Part shown: positions 50,043-59,083 of the stretch, in pieces | Position numbering within the stretch: position 1 is the stretch's first letter | How the letters are laid out: every line of letters starts with the position of its first letter | Source: Candidatus Obscuribacterales bacterium | Lineage (GTDB): Bacteria; Cyanobacteriota; Vampirovibrionia; Obscuribacterales; Obscuribacteraceae | Direction: 5' to 3' | Assembly: GCA_965228855.1 (NCBI GenBank) | Contig: CBDDIJ010000002.1 | Span: forward strand, 960,001 to 1,024,000 | DNA: 64,000 nt | Position numbers and translations under genes: made by a program | The notes under the pieces: generated by a model | The model's input: the letters and a program-made list of their open reading frames with translations, nothing else | Databases searched by the model: none | Told to the model about the DNA's origin: nothing

Positions 50043-51593
50043 ATGAATCTCGAAATCAATGTCTCGTCAGGCAAGTTGGCTTCGGTTCTTCCCGAGTTCG
50101 AGGAAGAGCGCGCCACACTCGTCCTGGTTCTCTTTTCCGGTGAGGGTCTCAAGGGCGCTCACCTCGAAGCTGTCGAGGCCACGACCTCGGGGCTTCTCTC
50201 TCGCAGGATCGACAACGATGGTTTCGATCCGAAGTACAAGCAGACCAAGGTGATCGATACCGACCTGACCGTTCCCGGTCTCGACAAGGTCATCCTGGTC
50301 GGGCTCGGGCAGCGCTCCAAGCTCACGCTCGGCGGACTGCGCAAGGCGCTCGCCGACGCGTTTGTCGAGGCTCGTGACACGGCTCGCACCGAGCACCTGA
50401 TTTTCCCGCTCATCGATGTGGACCTTCGCGGTTTCACCGTCGAGGAGTTCGCCAAGGTGGTCGCCGAGTACGCGACCCTGGCTGACTACGAGCCCAACCA
50501 CCGCAGGACTCGCGAGTGGCGCGACGAGGCTCCGGCGACGCACTTCAAGTCGCTGACTCTGCTTTCCACGCGCAGCACTCTGAGTGCCGCCAAGCGTGGT
50601 GCCGCCCTTGGTGGCGCCATGGGGGCAGCCACTCGACTGGCGCGCGACCTCGTCAACGAGCCCGGCGACACCAAGACGCCGACCTGGCTCGCCAAGCAGG
50701 CTTCGAAGATGGCGGCCGAAACCAACGGCGTCGTCACCTGCAGGGTGTTCAAGAAGGCGGACATCGTGAAGATGAAGATGGGCGGTCTGCTCGCGGTCAA
50801 TCGCGGTTCGGCCGAGCCCCCGACCTTCATCGAGCTCTCTTATGACCCGGCTTCCGGCGCCACCGAGGAGGTGGTCGGGCTGGTCGGCAAGGGCGTCACG
50901 TACGACACTGGTGGTCTCAACATGAAGGACTACACCAGCATGCGTGACATGAAGATGGACATGGGTGGCGCCGCTGCAGTGATCGCGGCGATGTCGCTCA
51001 TGCCGGTGATCAAGCCGCGTTACTCGATCCGCGCCGTCATCGCTGCAACCGACAATGCGGTCAGCAACAAGGCGATGCAGCCGGGTGACATCATCAAGTC
51101 GATGTCCGGTCTCACCATCGAAGTCGGTCACACCGATGCTGAAGGTCGCCTGACGCTGGCTGACGCTCTGCACTACATGCAGGAGAAGTGCGGCGCCAAG
51201 CGGATCATCGACCTCGCCACACTCACCGGCGATATCGAAACCGCGGTCGGCATCTACACGACCGGCATCTTCGGCAACGACGACCGCTTCACGCGCCTCT
51301 ATAAGCGCGCTGCGGAGGTCGCCGGCGAGCCTGTTCACGAGCTGCCTCTGGACGAGGCCTACCGTGACGAGAACAAGGGGCAGTTCGCCGACCTGACCAA
51401 CGACGGTTCCGGACCGGGGCACATCATCGCCGCCTGGTTCCTCCGCGAGTTCGTCAAGGACGGTGTTTCCTGGATCCATGCCGACATCGCCGGCACCGCG
51501 TTCCGCACCGCTGCCACCGCCTACGGTATCGAAGCGGCTGGTGGCACCGGCGTCGGCGTGCGCACGCTCGCGCATCTGCTGGCAGACCTGTAA
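50043..51593 (+). CDS. pepA: M17 leucyl aminopeptidase
   Basis: ARDLVNEP, VGKGVTYDTGG..MK, MKMDMGG, HTDAEGRL, DLATLTG, WIHADIAG. Confidence 0.9.
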   Translation: MNLEINVSSGKLASVLPEFEEERATLVLVLFSGEGLKGAHLEAVEATTSGLLSRRIDNDGFDPKYKQTKVIDTDLTVPGLDKVILVGLGQRSKLTLGGLRKALADAFVEARDTARTEHLIFPLIDVDLRGFTVEEFAKVVAEYATLADYEPNHRRTREWRDEAPATHFKSLTLLSTRSTLSAAKRGAALGGAMGAATRLARDLVNEPGDTKTPTWLAKQASKMAAETNGVVTCRVFKKADIVKMKMGGLLAVNRGSAEPPTFIELSYDPASGATEEVVGLVGKGVTYDTGGLNMKDYTSMRDMKMDMGGAAAVIAAMSLMPVIKPRYSIRAVIAATDNAVSNKAMQPGDIIKSMSGLTIEVGHTDAEGRLTLADALHYMQEKCGAKRIIDLATLTGDIETAVGIYTTGIFGNDDRFTRLYKRAAEVAGEPVHELPLDEAYRDENKGQFADLTNDGSGPGHIIAAWFLREFVKDGVSWIHADIAGTAFRTAATAYGIEAAGGTGVGVRTLAHLLADL

Positions 51594-51792
51594 GCGCTTC
51601 ATCGCGGCTGCGTTTGTTTCGATTTGTCAGTATCGGTTTCGACCGGTATCAGCGAACTGTTGGTGGCGAGGATTGGCTGACGAGGACGGGCGTTTCGTAT
51701 TAGAAGCGCCCGTCTCTCGTGGTCTGGCAACTCGCGGTTCAAAACAGCGTCAGGGCAGCGCTGACTACCTGCTCCTTCTCGAAAGGTCCGTT

Positions 51793-52233
51793 ATGAACGG
51801 AATATACGTCCTCATCGGCATGGGCTTGCTCGTGTTCGTGCTCTACACCTTCATGCACAGCCAGGCCAACTATGGCTCCGGTTCTGCTTCCGGCGGCTCG
51901 CCGCGCGGTTCTCGTCGCAACCAAGAGCGCGCCGATGCACGCATCGCCGAGTCCAATTCGCTTTTGATGCGCGGCAAGCTCATCGAAGCCGAAGCGGGCT
52001 TCCGCGAAGCGTTCCAGCTCGCTGTCGGGGCTCCGCTGCTGATGTCCGAAGCTTGCTGGGGTCTGAGCGAGGTCTGCAAGAAGCGCGGCGATTGGAAAAG
52101 CGCCCTGCAGCACATCGACATGGCTCTGTCCTTCGCGCCCGAATGGCGCGAGTACAAGCCCAACTACGAGTCGTATCTGAAGCGCGATCGCGAGGAAATC
52201 GCGGCGAAGCTCAAGGGCGACTTGCCGGAGTAA
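51793..52233 (+). CDS. membrane-anchored TPR-like protein
   Basis: GAAAGG RBS; N-terminal TM then TPR-like helices. Confidence 0.7.
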   Translation: MNGIYVLIGMGLLVFVLYTFMHSQANYGSGSASGGSPRGSRRNQERADARIAESNSLLMRGKLIEAEAGFREAFQLAVGAPLLMSEACWGLSEVCKKRGDWKSALQHIDMALSFAPEWREYKPNYESYLKRDREEIAAKLKGDLPE

Positions 52234-52381
52234 AGCTGGTTGCAAAACCGGCTGTAACAGTTTTGCGCAGCGGTTTCGACCTGTTAGTGAGACTGGCAGG
52301 CGAAAACCATTATTGCTGAACGAGGCCCGGGACTGGCGCCAGGCGCTAGTTCCGAGGCTCTATCAACAAGGAAACTCGCAC

Positions 52382-52630
52382 ATGAGCTATCTGTTTTTCC
52401 TCGTGGTCGGTCTTCTGTGGGGCGTGGGCTGCGGCATCTGCGATGCCCGCGGCATCCTCCGCAATGACCGTCCCATCATGCAGTTGCTGACCGGTCTGGT
52501 CGGCTACGGCATCACCTGGCTGCTCTTTCTGGGTCAGCCGGTTGGCGGGCACTGGTTTCTCCACCTGATTCTGGTGGTCACTGTCAGCCAGCTCGTTCAT
52601 TACCAGGTTCGGGCTCGTCTGTTGAAGTGA
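52382..52630 (+). CDS. small 3-TM membrane protein
   Basis: AAGGA RBS; three hydrophobic segments. Confidence 0.65.
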   Translation: MSYLFFLVVGLLWGVGCGICDARGILRNDRPIMQLLTGLVGYGITWLLFLGQPVGGHWFLHLILVVTVSQLVHYQVRARLLK

Positions 52631-52760
52631 GGCTTCAAGGAGTCGTTTCCAACAGCGACTCGTTGTGCAATCACCTCAGCGACTCGAATCTCGACCTGCC
52701 GATTGCAGGTCATCTCATTTTTCTCAATGAAACTCGTGCAACCCAAAATGGGAGATTCTC

Positions 52761-53276
52761 ATGAGTACTGAAAACAATCCTGCCCCGCCGCCGAAGATCG
52801 AAGAACCGGCGCGCGAGGACTCGTATTTCGAGAAGCTGATCCGGTACATCCCGCTCGACATCATCGCGGCGTATCAGGCGATCGATGGTATCATTCGCGA
52901 TCAGGGCAGCAATCCGCTCTGGCTTTACTGGGCTGCGTTCGGCGGTCTGCTCGTTCTGACTCCGTTGTACACGGTCTATCGCCCCAACGTCCCGCCGTCG
53001 CTGCTGCACGCCAAGACGCGTTTCTGCGCCTTTGTGAGCACGGTCGCCTTCACCGTGTGGGTTTTCGCGCTCGGCGGTCCTTTCGCGATCACCTGGCCGG
53101 AACTCTACCGTCCGGTCTACGGGTCCGTCCTGCTCATCCTGACGGCTCTCGCCCTGCCCGTTGTCGAGAAGATCGTCCTGCGCGGCGGCACCATCCCCGG
53201 TGTCGGCAAGCGGCCGGCCGGCTCGGAAGACGCGGGTAAGCCTGGTCCCGACCAGGACTCCGACTCCGGCAAGTAA
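52761..53276 (+). CDS. multi-pass membrane protein
   Basis: GGGAG RBS; YFEKLIRYIP..I.AAY segment followed by TM helices. Confidence 0.75.
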   Translation: MSTENNPAPPPKIEEPAREDSYFEKLIRYIPLDIIAAYQAIDGIIRDQGSNPLWLYWAAFGGLLVLTPLYTVYRPNVPPSLLHAKTRFCAFVSTVAFTVWVFALGGPFAITWPELYRPVYGSVLLILTALALPVVEKIVLRGGTIPGVGKRPAGSEDAGKPGPDQDSDSGK

Positions 53277-53377
53277 ACGCGCCACTGCTTGTGGTGCTCT
53301 CGAAAAATTGATGCGGTTGTGCTTACGAGGGATGCAGCGGGATTACCCGCTGCGAGCCCCTCCAGAGGACTCAACCT

Positions 53378-54289
53378 ATGACTGCTAAAGAAAAGCAGAC
53401 CTCGGTGAAATACGAGGTCGTTCTTGGTGGAGGTGGAATCAAAGGCTACGGACACATCGGTGTTTTGAAAGCCCTTCATGAACGCTCCATCAAGATTGGG
53501 ATGGTTACTGGTGTTTCGATTGGCTCTGCGGTCGCTGCGATGTATCGCAACGGCTACTCTCCCGACGAAGCGCTCGAAATCCTCCTCAAGGAATTCACCA
53601 TCTTCAACAAGAAGGTGATCGGCAAAGGCAAGAAGCCATCGAGCATGACGACGATGCTGTCGTTGGTCAGTGGTATCGACTTGCTGCCGTTTTTCCAGGA
53701 CGTGTTGACGCGCTACGAGGTCAAACCTCGTCGCAATCTTCGCATCGTCGCCTTCGACGCTCTGCAGATGAAACCCGTCGTGTTCCAGGGGCTCAAATAC
53801 GACATCGCAACCGCTGTTGCCGCGTCGTGCTCCATACCTGTCGTCATGCGTCCTGTCTGGACCGGCGACTGGAAGAAGGGGAAAACTGGGCGCACGATCG
53901 TCGATCGCGTGCGTGGCAAAGTTGACGAAACCGTCCTCGTGGATGGTGGCGTCTACCATCCTGCGCCACACGAGTTCTGCAAGGGACCGGCTATCATCAG
54001 CCGCCTCGGCGTCGCTTCGCAGATGCCCCAAGAGACTTACGACGAATGCAGCACCTGGGCGGAATATGTTTTCCAGTCCATCGAGGTCGCAGCGGGTCGG
54101 TTTATCAAACGCAACTTCCCGGACGAAAATTCCGGACACGTTGTCGTCAACAGCGGAAAGCCCGACGTTGGAACTCTGACGTTCGGCATCTGTCACGAAC
54201 AGGCGCTCGGCATGGTGGACTACGCTTACGCGGAAACCCACCGCGTGCTCGATTTGAAGAAGATTGGCACGCCGCCCACGTCCAAGTAA
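53378..54289 (+). CDS. patatin-like phospholipase
   Basis: GGGGIKG, GVSIG (GxSxG), ASCSIP, DGG motifs. Confidence 0.88.
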   Translation: MTAKEKQTSVKYEVVLGGGGIKGYGHIGVLKALHERSIKIGMVTGVSIGSAVAAMYRNGYSPDEALEILLKEFTIFNKKVIGKGKKPSSMTTMLSLVSGIDLLPFFQDVLTRYEVKPRRNLRIVAFDALQMKPVVFQGLKYDIATAVAASCSIPVVMRPVWTGDWKKGKTGRTIVDRVRGKVDETVLVDGGVYHPAPHEFCKGPAIISRLGVASQMPQETYDECSTWAEYVFQSIEVAAGRFIKRNFPDENSGHVVVNSGKPDVGTLTFGICHEQALGMVDYAYAETHRVLDLKKIGTPPTSK

Positions 54290-54292
54290 TTG

Positions 54293-54347
54293 TGCCGTGG
54301 GTCAGACACCGTCTGACCCATTGGCATTCCGCCGTTTGTCTACTATA
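54293..54347 (+). terminator. hairpin followed by CTACTATA motif
   Basis: TGGGTCAGAC / GTCTGACCCA core stem; CTACTATA at 54340-54347. Confidence 0.78.
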
Positions 54348-54436
54348 AAATATCGGAAGTGTAAGATGCTCTAAACGTTGTCAGTGAAGGCATTTTGAGT
54401 ATCTTGTTTGGGCCGGATTCCTTGCAAATTGACGTT

Positions 54437-54489
54437 TTGTCTACGGTAGAGCGCCGGATCTCGCGAATTCCGGCATTGCTGGATAGACA
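54437..54489. repeat. REP-like palindrome, family A
   Basis: TTGTCTACGG...GCCGGA...TCCGGC...TAGACA. Confidence 0.6.
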
Positions 54490-54606
54490 GCGAGGTGCTT
54501 CCCGATCCCACATTTGGTGCGAAGAACTGAAAGTACTGAATGGCTGCCCCAGTTGATAGAGTCTCCGTCAAACGGCGGATGCTGACTATTCTAGTAAGAT
54601 CCGGTT

Positions 54607-56271
54607 TTAGAGGGCGAACAAGAAGACTTTGGAAACGTAGCTGTAGTTGGCAAATTCCTTGGGTGGGTCGTTGGCGCTAAAGTAATTTGATTCGCCGATG
54701 AATGCGTAATGATCCTCGATGAGCTTCACTGTGTCCATTCGCGTGAGTTGGTCGTATGTTGCTCCGTCTTGAATTGTGATGAGTTGAGGTGGGTTCTCTT
54801 TCAAATCTTCGCGAAGTACATTATCGTAGAATTTCTCCAGGCGCTCGCGTTCTTTGCTATTTACGCCAGGCACCCACTGCGAGCGGTCCAAAACCGGGAT
54901 GTGGAATCCCCAAAGTATTCGCGAGCCCGGTTTGCGCTCTTGTAATGTTATAGCCGGGAATGCCGGTGCCGGTCCGTTGTCGAAGACCATTACCGAATCA
55001 CCCTTTTGGGTCTTCTCTGCGATTAATTCTGCAATGTCCGGTATGTCGGTCAGTTCGAAACCGCGCAGGTCTCGGGATGCGTTTTTCGCCACCATCATTT
55101 GTTTCTCTTGAACCAGCAGTGTCGATAGAGTGCAGGTTGCTAGTACAAATGCGGCTAGCATTGCCGGTTTCAATCTACAGGCGATTTCCAAAAGTTGCGA
55201 ACGCCGATATCGTTTTTTAGCTCGCCGACATGCTCGATGGAGGTCGGAAATCAGAGCGATTGAAACAAGTGGTATGGTCAGCGAGCTTGTCCAGAATATT
55301 GGAAGCGCGTTGTGCAGGTAGCCTTTGCACTCGGTGACGAAGAAGGCGAAGGCGGCCCAGCCGAGCACCGTTAGTGGTGTCATCAGGGAGTTCCGGCATC
55401 TTAGAGCAAGTGCCAGAACGGTCGAAAGAACCAGTAGGTAAAGCGAGGGTCTGGCGTCCGGCGTCGATAAGTAGCCATACATGCGGATGTCAAAGCTGAT
55501 GCGGTCCCAATTGATAATCGGAAGAACATTGGAAATATAACCATGCATCATTTGCGGTGCGAGGGAGTTTAATCCTATTTGGACCGCGATGTATGTGATT
55601 ACTGTCAGCGGAAGGACTCCGACGATCTTAACGGAAAGTCTCATGAATTGTAGTAGCAACGCGACTTCCCATACGATTAGTGCTGCTGCAAAAAGTGGAT
55701 CTAGTGTCGCAGCGATACCGCCTGCAATACCGCAAATTATGTATTCCCGTGGGCGCAATGATCGCCCTGAGTACTCGAGCCAGCGCGCGATGGCGAAGGG
55801 GATAAAGCCGAGCATGAGGTAATGTTCCGGCTCTGCAAACTGGTATGTGGCGGCGACGTTTAAAAAGCCTAGTGTTAGTAAGAGCATCTGGAATGAGAGC
55901 GAATCTCGCAGAAAAGAACGACTCAAAATCAGAGACGTGGAGAGTGCAAGCATCGCAGTCGCTAGTGACCATTCAAAAACGAGGGCGCAGCGAGCTAGAT
56001 CGTAGCCGGCTAAATTGAACGCTTGCGCAAGTTTTGCTGGAGCAAGACTGACGATCAGCATCATCGGAGCGTCCGGTGTAAAGACGTCCACATAAGCGGT
56101 ACGTCCTGCCAGCATCAGCTTTGCCGCTTCCAGTCGCGCGCAGACTTCAGGTGGGATTCCATCGACGCGGGCAAGCAAACATACAAGCGACAGCAGGCTT
56201 AGACTTGCTAAACCGCATACAAGGAGCGCTCTTCCGCGCTCTGCTTTCGTCCATATCTTATTGTCGTTGAT
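54607..56271 (-). CDS. polytopic membrane protein, GT-C (ArnT/PMT-like) fold likely; start uncertain
   Basis: paralogous to the upstream gene (LAGRTAYVD vs LDGKKLYVD; EPEH vs GQREH; ERKPGSR vs ERRPASR); frame is open to at least 56280. Confidence 0.7.
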   Translation of the reverse strand: MNDNKIWTKAERGRALLVCGLASLSLLSLVCLLARVDGIPPEVCARLEAAKLMLAGRTAYVDVFTPDAPMMLIVSLAPAKLAQAFNLAGYDLARCALVFEWSLATAMLALSTSLILSRSFLRDSLSFQMLLLTLGFLNVAATYQFAEPEHYLMLGFIPFAIARWLEYSGRSLRPREYIICGIAGGIAATLDPLFAAALIVWEVALLLQFMRLSVKIVGVLPLTVITYIAVQIGLNSLAPQMMHGYISNVLPIINWDRISFDIRMYGYLSTPDARPSLYLLVLSTVLALALRCRNSLMTPLTVLGWAAFAFFVTECKGYLHNALPIFWTSSLTIPLVSIALISDLHRACRRAKKRYRRSQLLEIACRLKPAMLAAFVLATCTLSTLLVQEKQMMVAKNASRDLRGFELTDIPDIAELIAEKTQKGDSVMVFDNGPAPAFPAITLQERKPGSRILWGFHIPVLDRSQWVPGVNSKERERLEKFYDNVLREDLKENPPQLITIQDGATYDQLTRMDTVKLIEDHYAFIGESNYFSANDPPKEFANYSYVSKVFLFAL

Positions 56272-57862
56272 AGAATCGATGCTCCTCGAATGTTTCCACC
56301 AGTTTATATTTGTTCAAATGCACATCGAAGAAACCGCCCTTCTCAAGCGGTTCTATGATTCCTGACTCCCTGACGATAATCAATGGCGGTTTGTTCTTTT
56401 CAATGTCAAGGCGATACTGCTCGATAATTTCGTTATAGAAACCTTCGAATTTTTTCTTGTCTTTTACTCGTGTCTTTTCCCACGCCAGATACTTAGCCAT
56501 CATGAGCGGCATGCCGTGAAGATAGCGGGAAGCGGGTCGTCTCTCTGTCTGGAGAGTGACCGGGTAGCCTGGCGAAATTGCGTCGGAGATGCAGAGAATG
56601 TAGTCGCCTTTGTTCGAGTATTTGAGCACCTTCTCGGCCCACGGATCAACATCATCAGCGGGACATTGACCTTTATAACCGATTCTACTCATGTCGAAGT
56701 GGTTCGTTTCATTCGTCTCCTTAGGCAGGTCTAGCAATGTCATGTAGCCGAGTGCCATGGCACACATTGCTCCACTCATATAAAGATTGAGCTGTTTCGA
56801 TTGGGGGGCGCAACCGGATATGAAACGCACTACGACTGCCAGTATCAGCCAGTTCAGAGTTATAACACCGTACTGAACCGGCACCCAGTGGTGTGACCAA
56901 TCTTGTGATGCCGCGATGTAAATTCCAAAGGCTGCTACTGTGAATGCGGCAGTGGGGGCGATTAACGAGCAGTATCGATTCAATGGAAGCGCGATCAGTA
57001 AAGTGATGGTGAAGTAGTACGTAAGCGTTCTGTTGAAGTCAGATATGGTTTTGAGAAACGAAACCGTGTAATAGTCGTAGCCGGTTTTCACCAGCGGAAC
57101 TACGAATGAGAAGAAACGGTCCTTCACTTCAGGATGCATGAGGATGAGGTGCGCACCGTATGTGATGCCCAGCAACGCGCAAGAAATTGTTTCCGGAGCC
57201 ACCAATTCCTTCCATCGTCGCCTTTGCAGGACGTAAACCAATTCGGGCGCCGCGGCCATGAGGAGGAAATGAGGCTTTAGCGATAAGGTCGCTGCCGCGT
57301 AGAGCCCCGCAAAAATTGCAATTCCGCGATGAATGGCGACGCCTCGCCAGCGTAAGTAACGAACGACGAAAAACGGCAAATATGTGATAAGAAGCAGATG
57401 TTCGCGTTGACCGAAATCAAGGACCTCGAGTTTACTTATGAAGAGATATCCAAGCAAAAATGGTATGTAGCAGTAAGAGTCGACGCCTTTTCTGTCTTTA
57501 AACAGTAGATAGCCAGACACCACTAGCGATACCATAATCAGCGCCAGTAGAAACAGTTCGAAAGCGAGCGGGCTGGGGAGATGGAATGCGCGAGAGATCA
57601 GAATAGCTGGCACGTTCAAGTACGTAATCAATGGCGGGTTAAAATCGACCATGTCGACGTACAATTTCTTCCCGTCAAGCAAGAGACCTGCGGTGGCAAG
57701 GTACATGGATTGGTCGGGAAACTGGAGAAGCGGGTGATGAAGCCAGAAGGCTAATATTCCGAGATACACGGAGCCTAACGCCACAAGCGCAATGCCGATA
57801 ACGAAAGCGGGATGAATAGCCGCTTCCGCCGATTCGATTTCTACTTGACTGGTCTCGCTCAC
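56258..57862 (-). CDS. polytopic membrane protein, GT-C glycosyltransferase-like
   Basis: DQSMY..A..LLDG..LYVD..DFNPP, GQREH, LKPHF motifs; many TMs. Confidence 0.75.
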   Translation of the reverse strand: MSETSQVEIESAEAAIHPAFVIGIALVALGSVYLGILAFWLHHPLLQFPDQSMYLATAGLLLDGKKLYVDMVDFNPPLITYLNVPAILISRAFHLPSPLAFELFLLALIMVSLVVSGYLLFKDRKGVDSYCYIPFLLGYLFISKLEVLDFGQREHLLLITYLPFFVVRYLRWRGVAIHRGIAIFAGLYAAATLSLKPHFLLMAAAPELVYVLQRRRWKELVAPETISCALLGITYGAHLILMHPEVKDRFFSFVVPLVKTGYDYYTVSFLKTISDFNRTLTYYFTITLLIALPLNRYCSLIAPTAAFTVAAFGIYIAASQDWSHHWVPVQYGVITLNWLILAVVVRFISGCAPQSKQLNLYMSGAMCAMALGYMTLLDLPKETNETNHFDMSRIGYKGQCPADDVDPWAEKVLKYSNKGDYILCISDAISPGYPVTLQTERRPASRYLHGMPLMMAKYLAWEKTRVKDKKKFEGFYNEIIEQYRLDIEKNKPPLIIVRESGIIEPLEKGGFFDVHLNKYKLVETFEEHRFYQRQ

Positions 57863-57971
57863 TTAGTTTAATTGATTCGAGCCGACTGCTTTGCCTCTGC
57901 CATTATGCGGCTACCGGCGTCGGCCAGCAAGGTCCGATAAAAACTGGTGCGAGCGTTTTCTTCAGCCCATG

Positions 57972-58622
57972 CTAATAGTCGAGGAGCATCTCCTCTTCGT
58001 CTGAGGTTGTGTATTCTTCGGCAATTTCTTCACTGACACCGCGAATTCCGCGAGGGACCGTTGTGTTTCTATAGACTCGATCTATGTCGACGGATAGCTC
58101 ATCTCCCTTCTTGAATTTCAGATGGATGGTTTCTCCGGAGATGTATTCGCGGAGCTCCCATCCTCCCGTTTCCGAGCGTTGATAAGCCTCTACACGTTTT
58201 CGCTTCTGGTGTAAAATCAAATAAGTCCGCAATGAGTCGATGTTCAAATAGTTGATGAGTTTTTCTCTTCTATCTTGTACGGCTGTTGATGGAGAGAGAA
58301 CCTCCGCTATGAATACGGGCTCTTCGGTAAACTCGATATCGTCGTTGAGACCGCTGCAAGCGATGACGACGTCTGGATAATAGAAGCAGTTTGCGCTTTC
58401 TATGCGTACTTTAAATGACTCTATGAACGCCAGGCAGGGCGTTTCATCTAAGTGATCGCTCAGGGCGCGATACAGATTTCCGGCTATGACGTTATGTTTC
58501 TGATTGGCTCCACTCATGGTGAAAACCAAGCCGTCTACGAATTCTCGTCGGACGGTCGATTTCCGTTCACTCGCCAGATATCCCTCGGCGGTCAAGAATT
58601 CGATCTTCTTCACTTCGCTCAT
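57972..58622 (-). CDS. Uma2 family endonuclease
   Basis: EYLASE..REFVDG, YYPDV, EVLSPST..DRREK..Y. Confidence 0.9.
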   Translation of the reverse strand: MSEVKKIEFLTAEGYLASERKSTVRREFVDGLVFTMSGANQKHNVIAGNLYRALSDHLDETPCLAFIESFKVRIESANCFYYPDVVIACSGLNDDIEFTEEPVFIAEVLSPSTAVQDRREKLINYLNIDSLRTYLILHQKRKRVEAYQRSETGGWELREYISGETIHLKFKKGDELSVDIDRVYRNTTVPRGIRGVSEEIAEEYTTSDEEEMLLDY

Positions 58623-58833
58623 ATAAAGACCCTCCACTCCCTCAATTGTAGTGGCGCGAACTTATCTACGCCAGCTTGTGGTTTGGAGTTCGAAAAGGCC
58701 AAATGGGCGTTAACGGGGTAATCCGTCAAGACCATCGCGGGCTACCGGTTCCAGTGTCCGGGTAGCGGACCGACTATCAGTCTGCGCGAATGCGGGACGT
58801 CTGGTAGGTAAAAAATACTCCCGAGCTCCTCGG

Positions 58834-58887
58834 TTGGCTATCTGAGGATGACGAATTCCTGTAAATTCGGCATCGTCAGATAGACAA
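58834..58887. repeat. REP-like palindrome, family A
   Basis: TTGGCTATCTGA.GATG.CGAATT / AATTCG.CATC.TCAGATAGACAA. Confidence 0.65.
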
Positions 58888-58964
58888 GGCCGGGTGTGGG
58901 ATTGTTCTGCGGTCTGGCGAAGCCCGAACCACAAGAGTTTTGACACTCTGGTCGTAGTATGGCA

Positions 58965-59018
58965 TATAGTAGTAATTTCCTCCAAAAAAAAGAGAGGCAC
59001 CGTCCGTGGTGTCTCTCT
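58965..59018 (-). terminator. intrinsic terminator followed by CTACTATA motif
   Basis: AGAGAGGCACC / GGTGTCTCTCT stem with U-tract on the minus strand; TATAGTAG at 58965-58972. Confidence 0.85.
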
Positions 59019-59083
59019 CTCGCCTGTGCTCAATCGGTTTTAAACTGCTGGCGCTGTCGGTTTCACCCTTGCCCCGCAGCTGC

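Noticed and set aside
53378..54289. Patatin as a CBASS CapV effector
   Set aside because: No CD-NTase or other CBASS gene nearby
18395..59018. Classical integron attC sites as the block boundaries
   Set aside because: I did not see the RYYYAAC...GTTRRRY core framing the hairpins, the blocks are dispersed in both orientations with their own leaders, and no integrase is in the window
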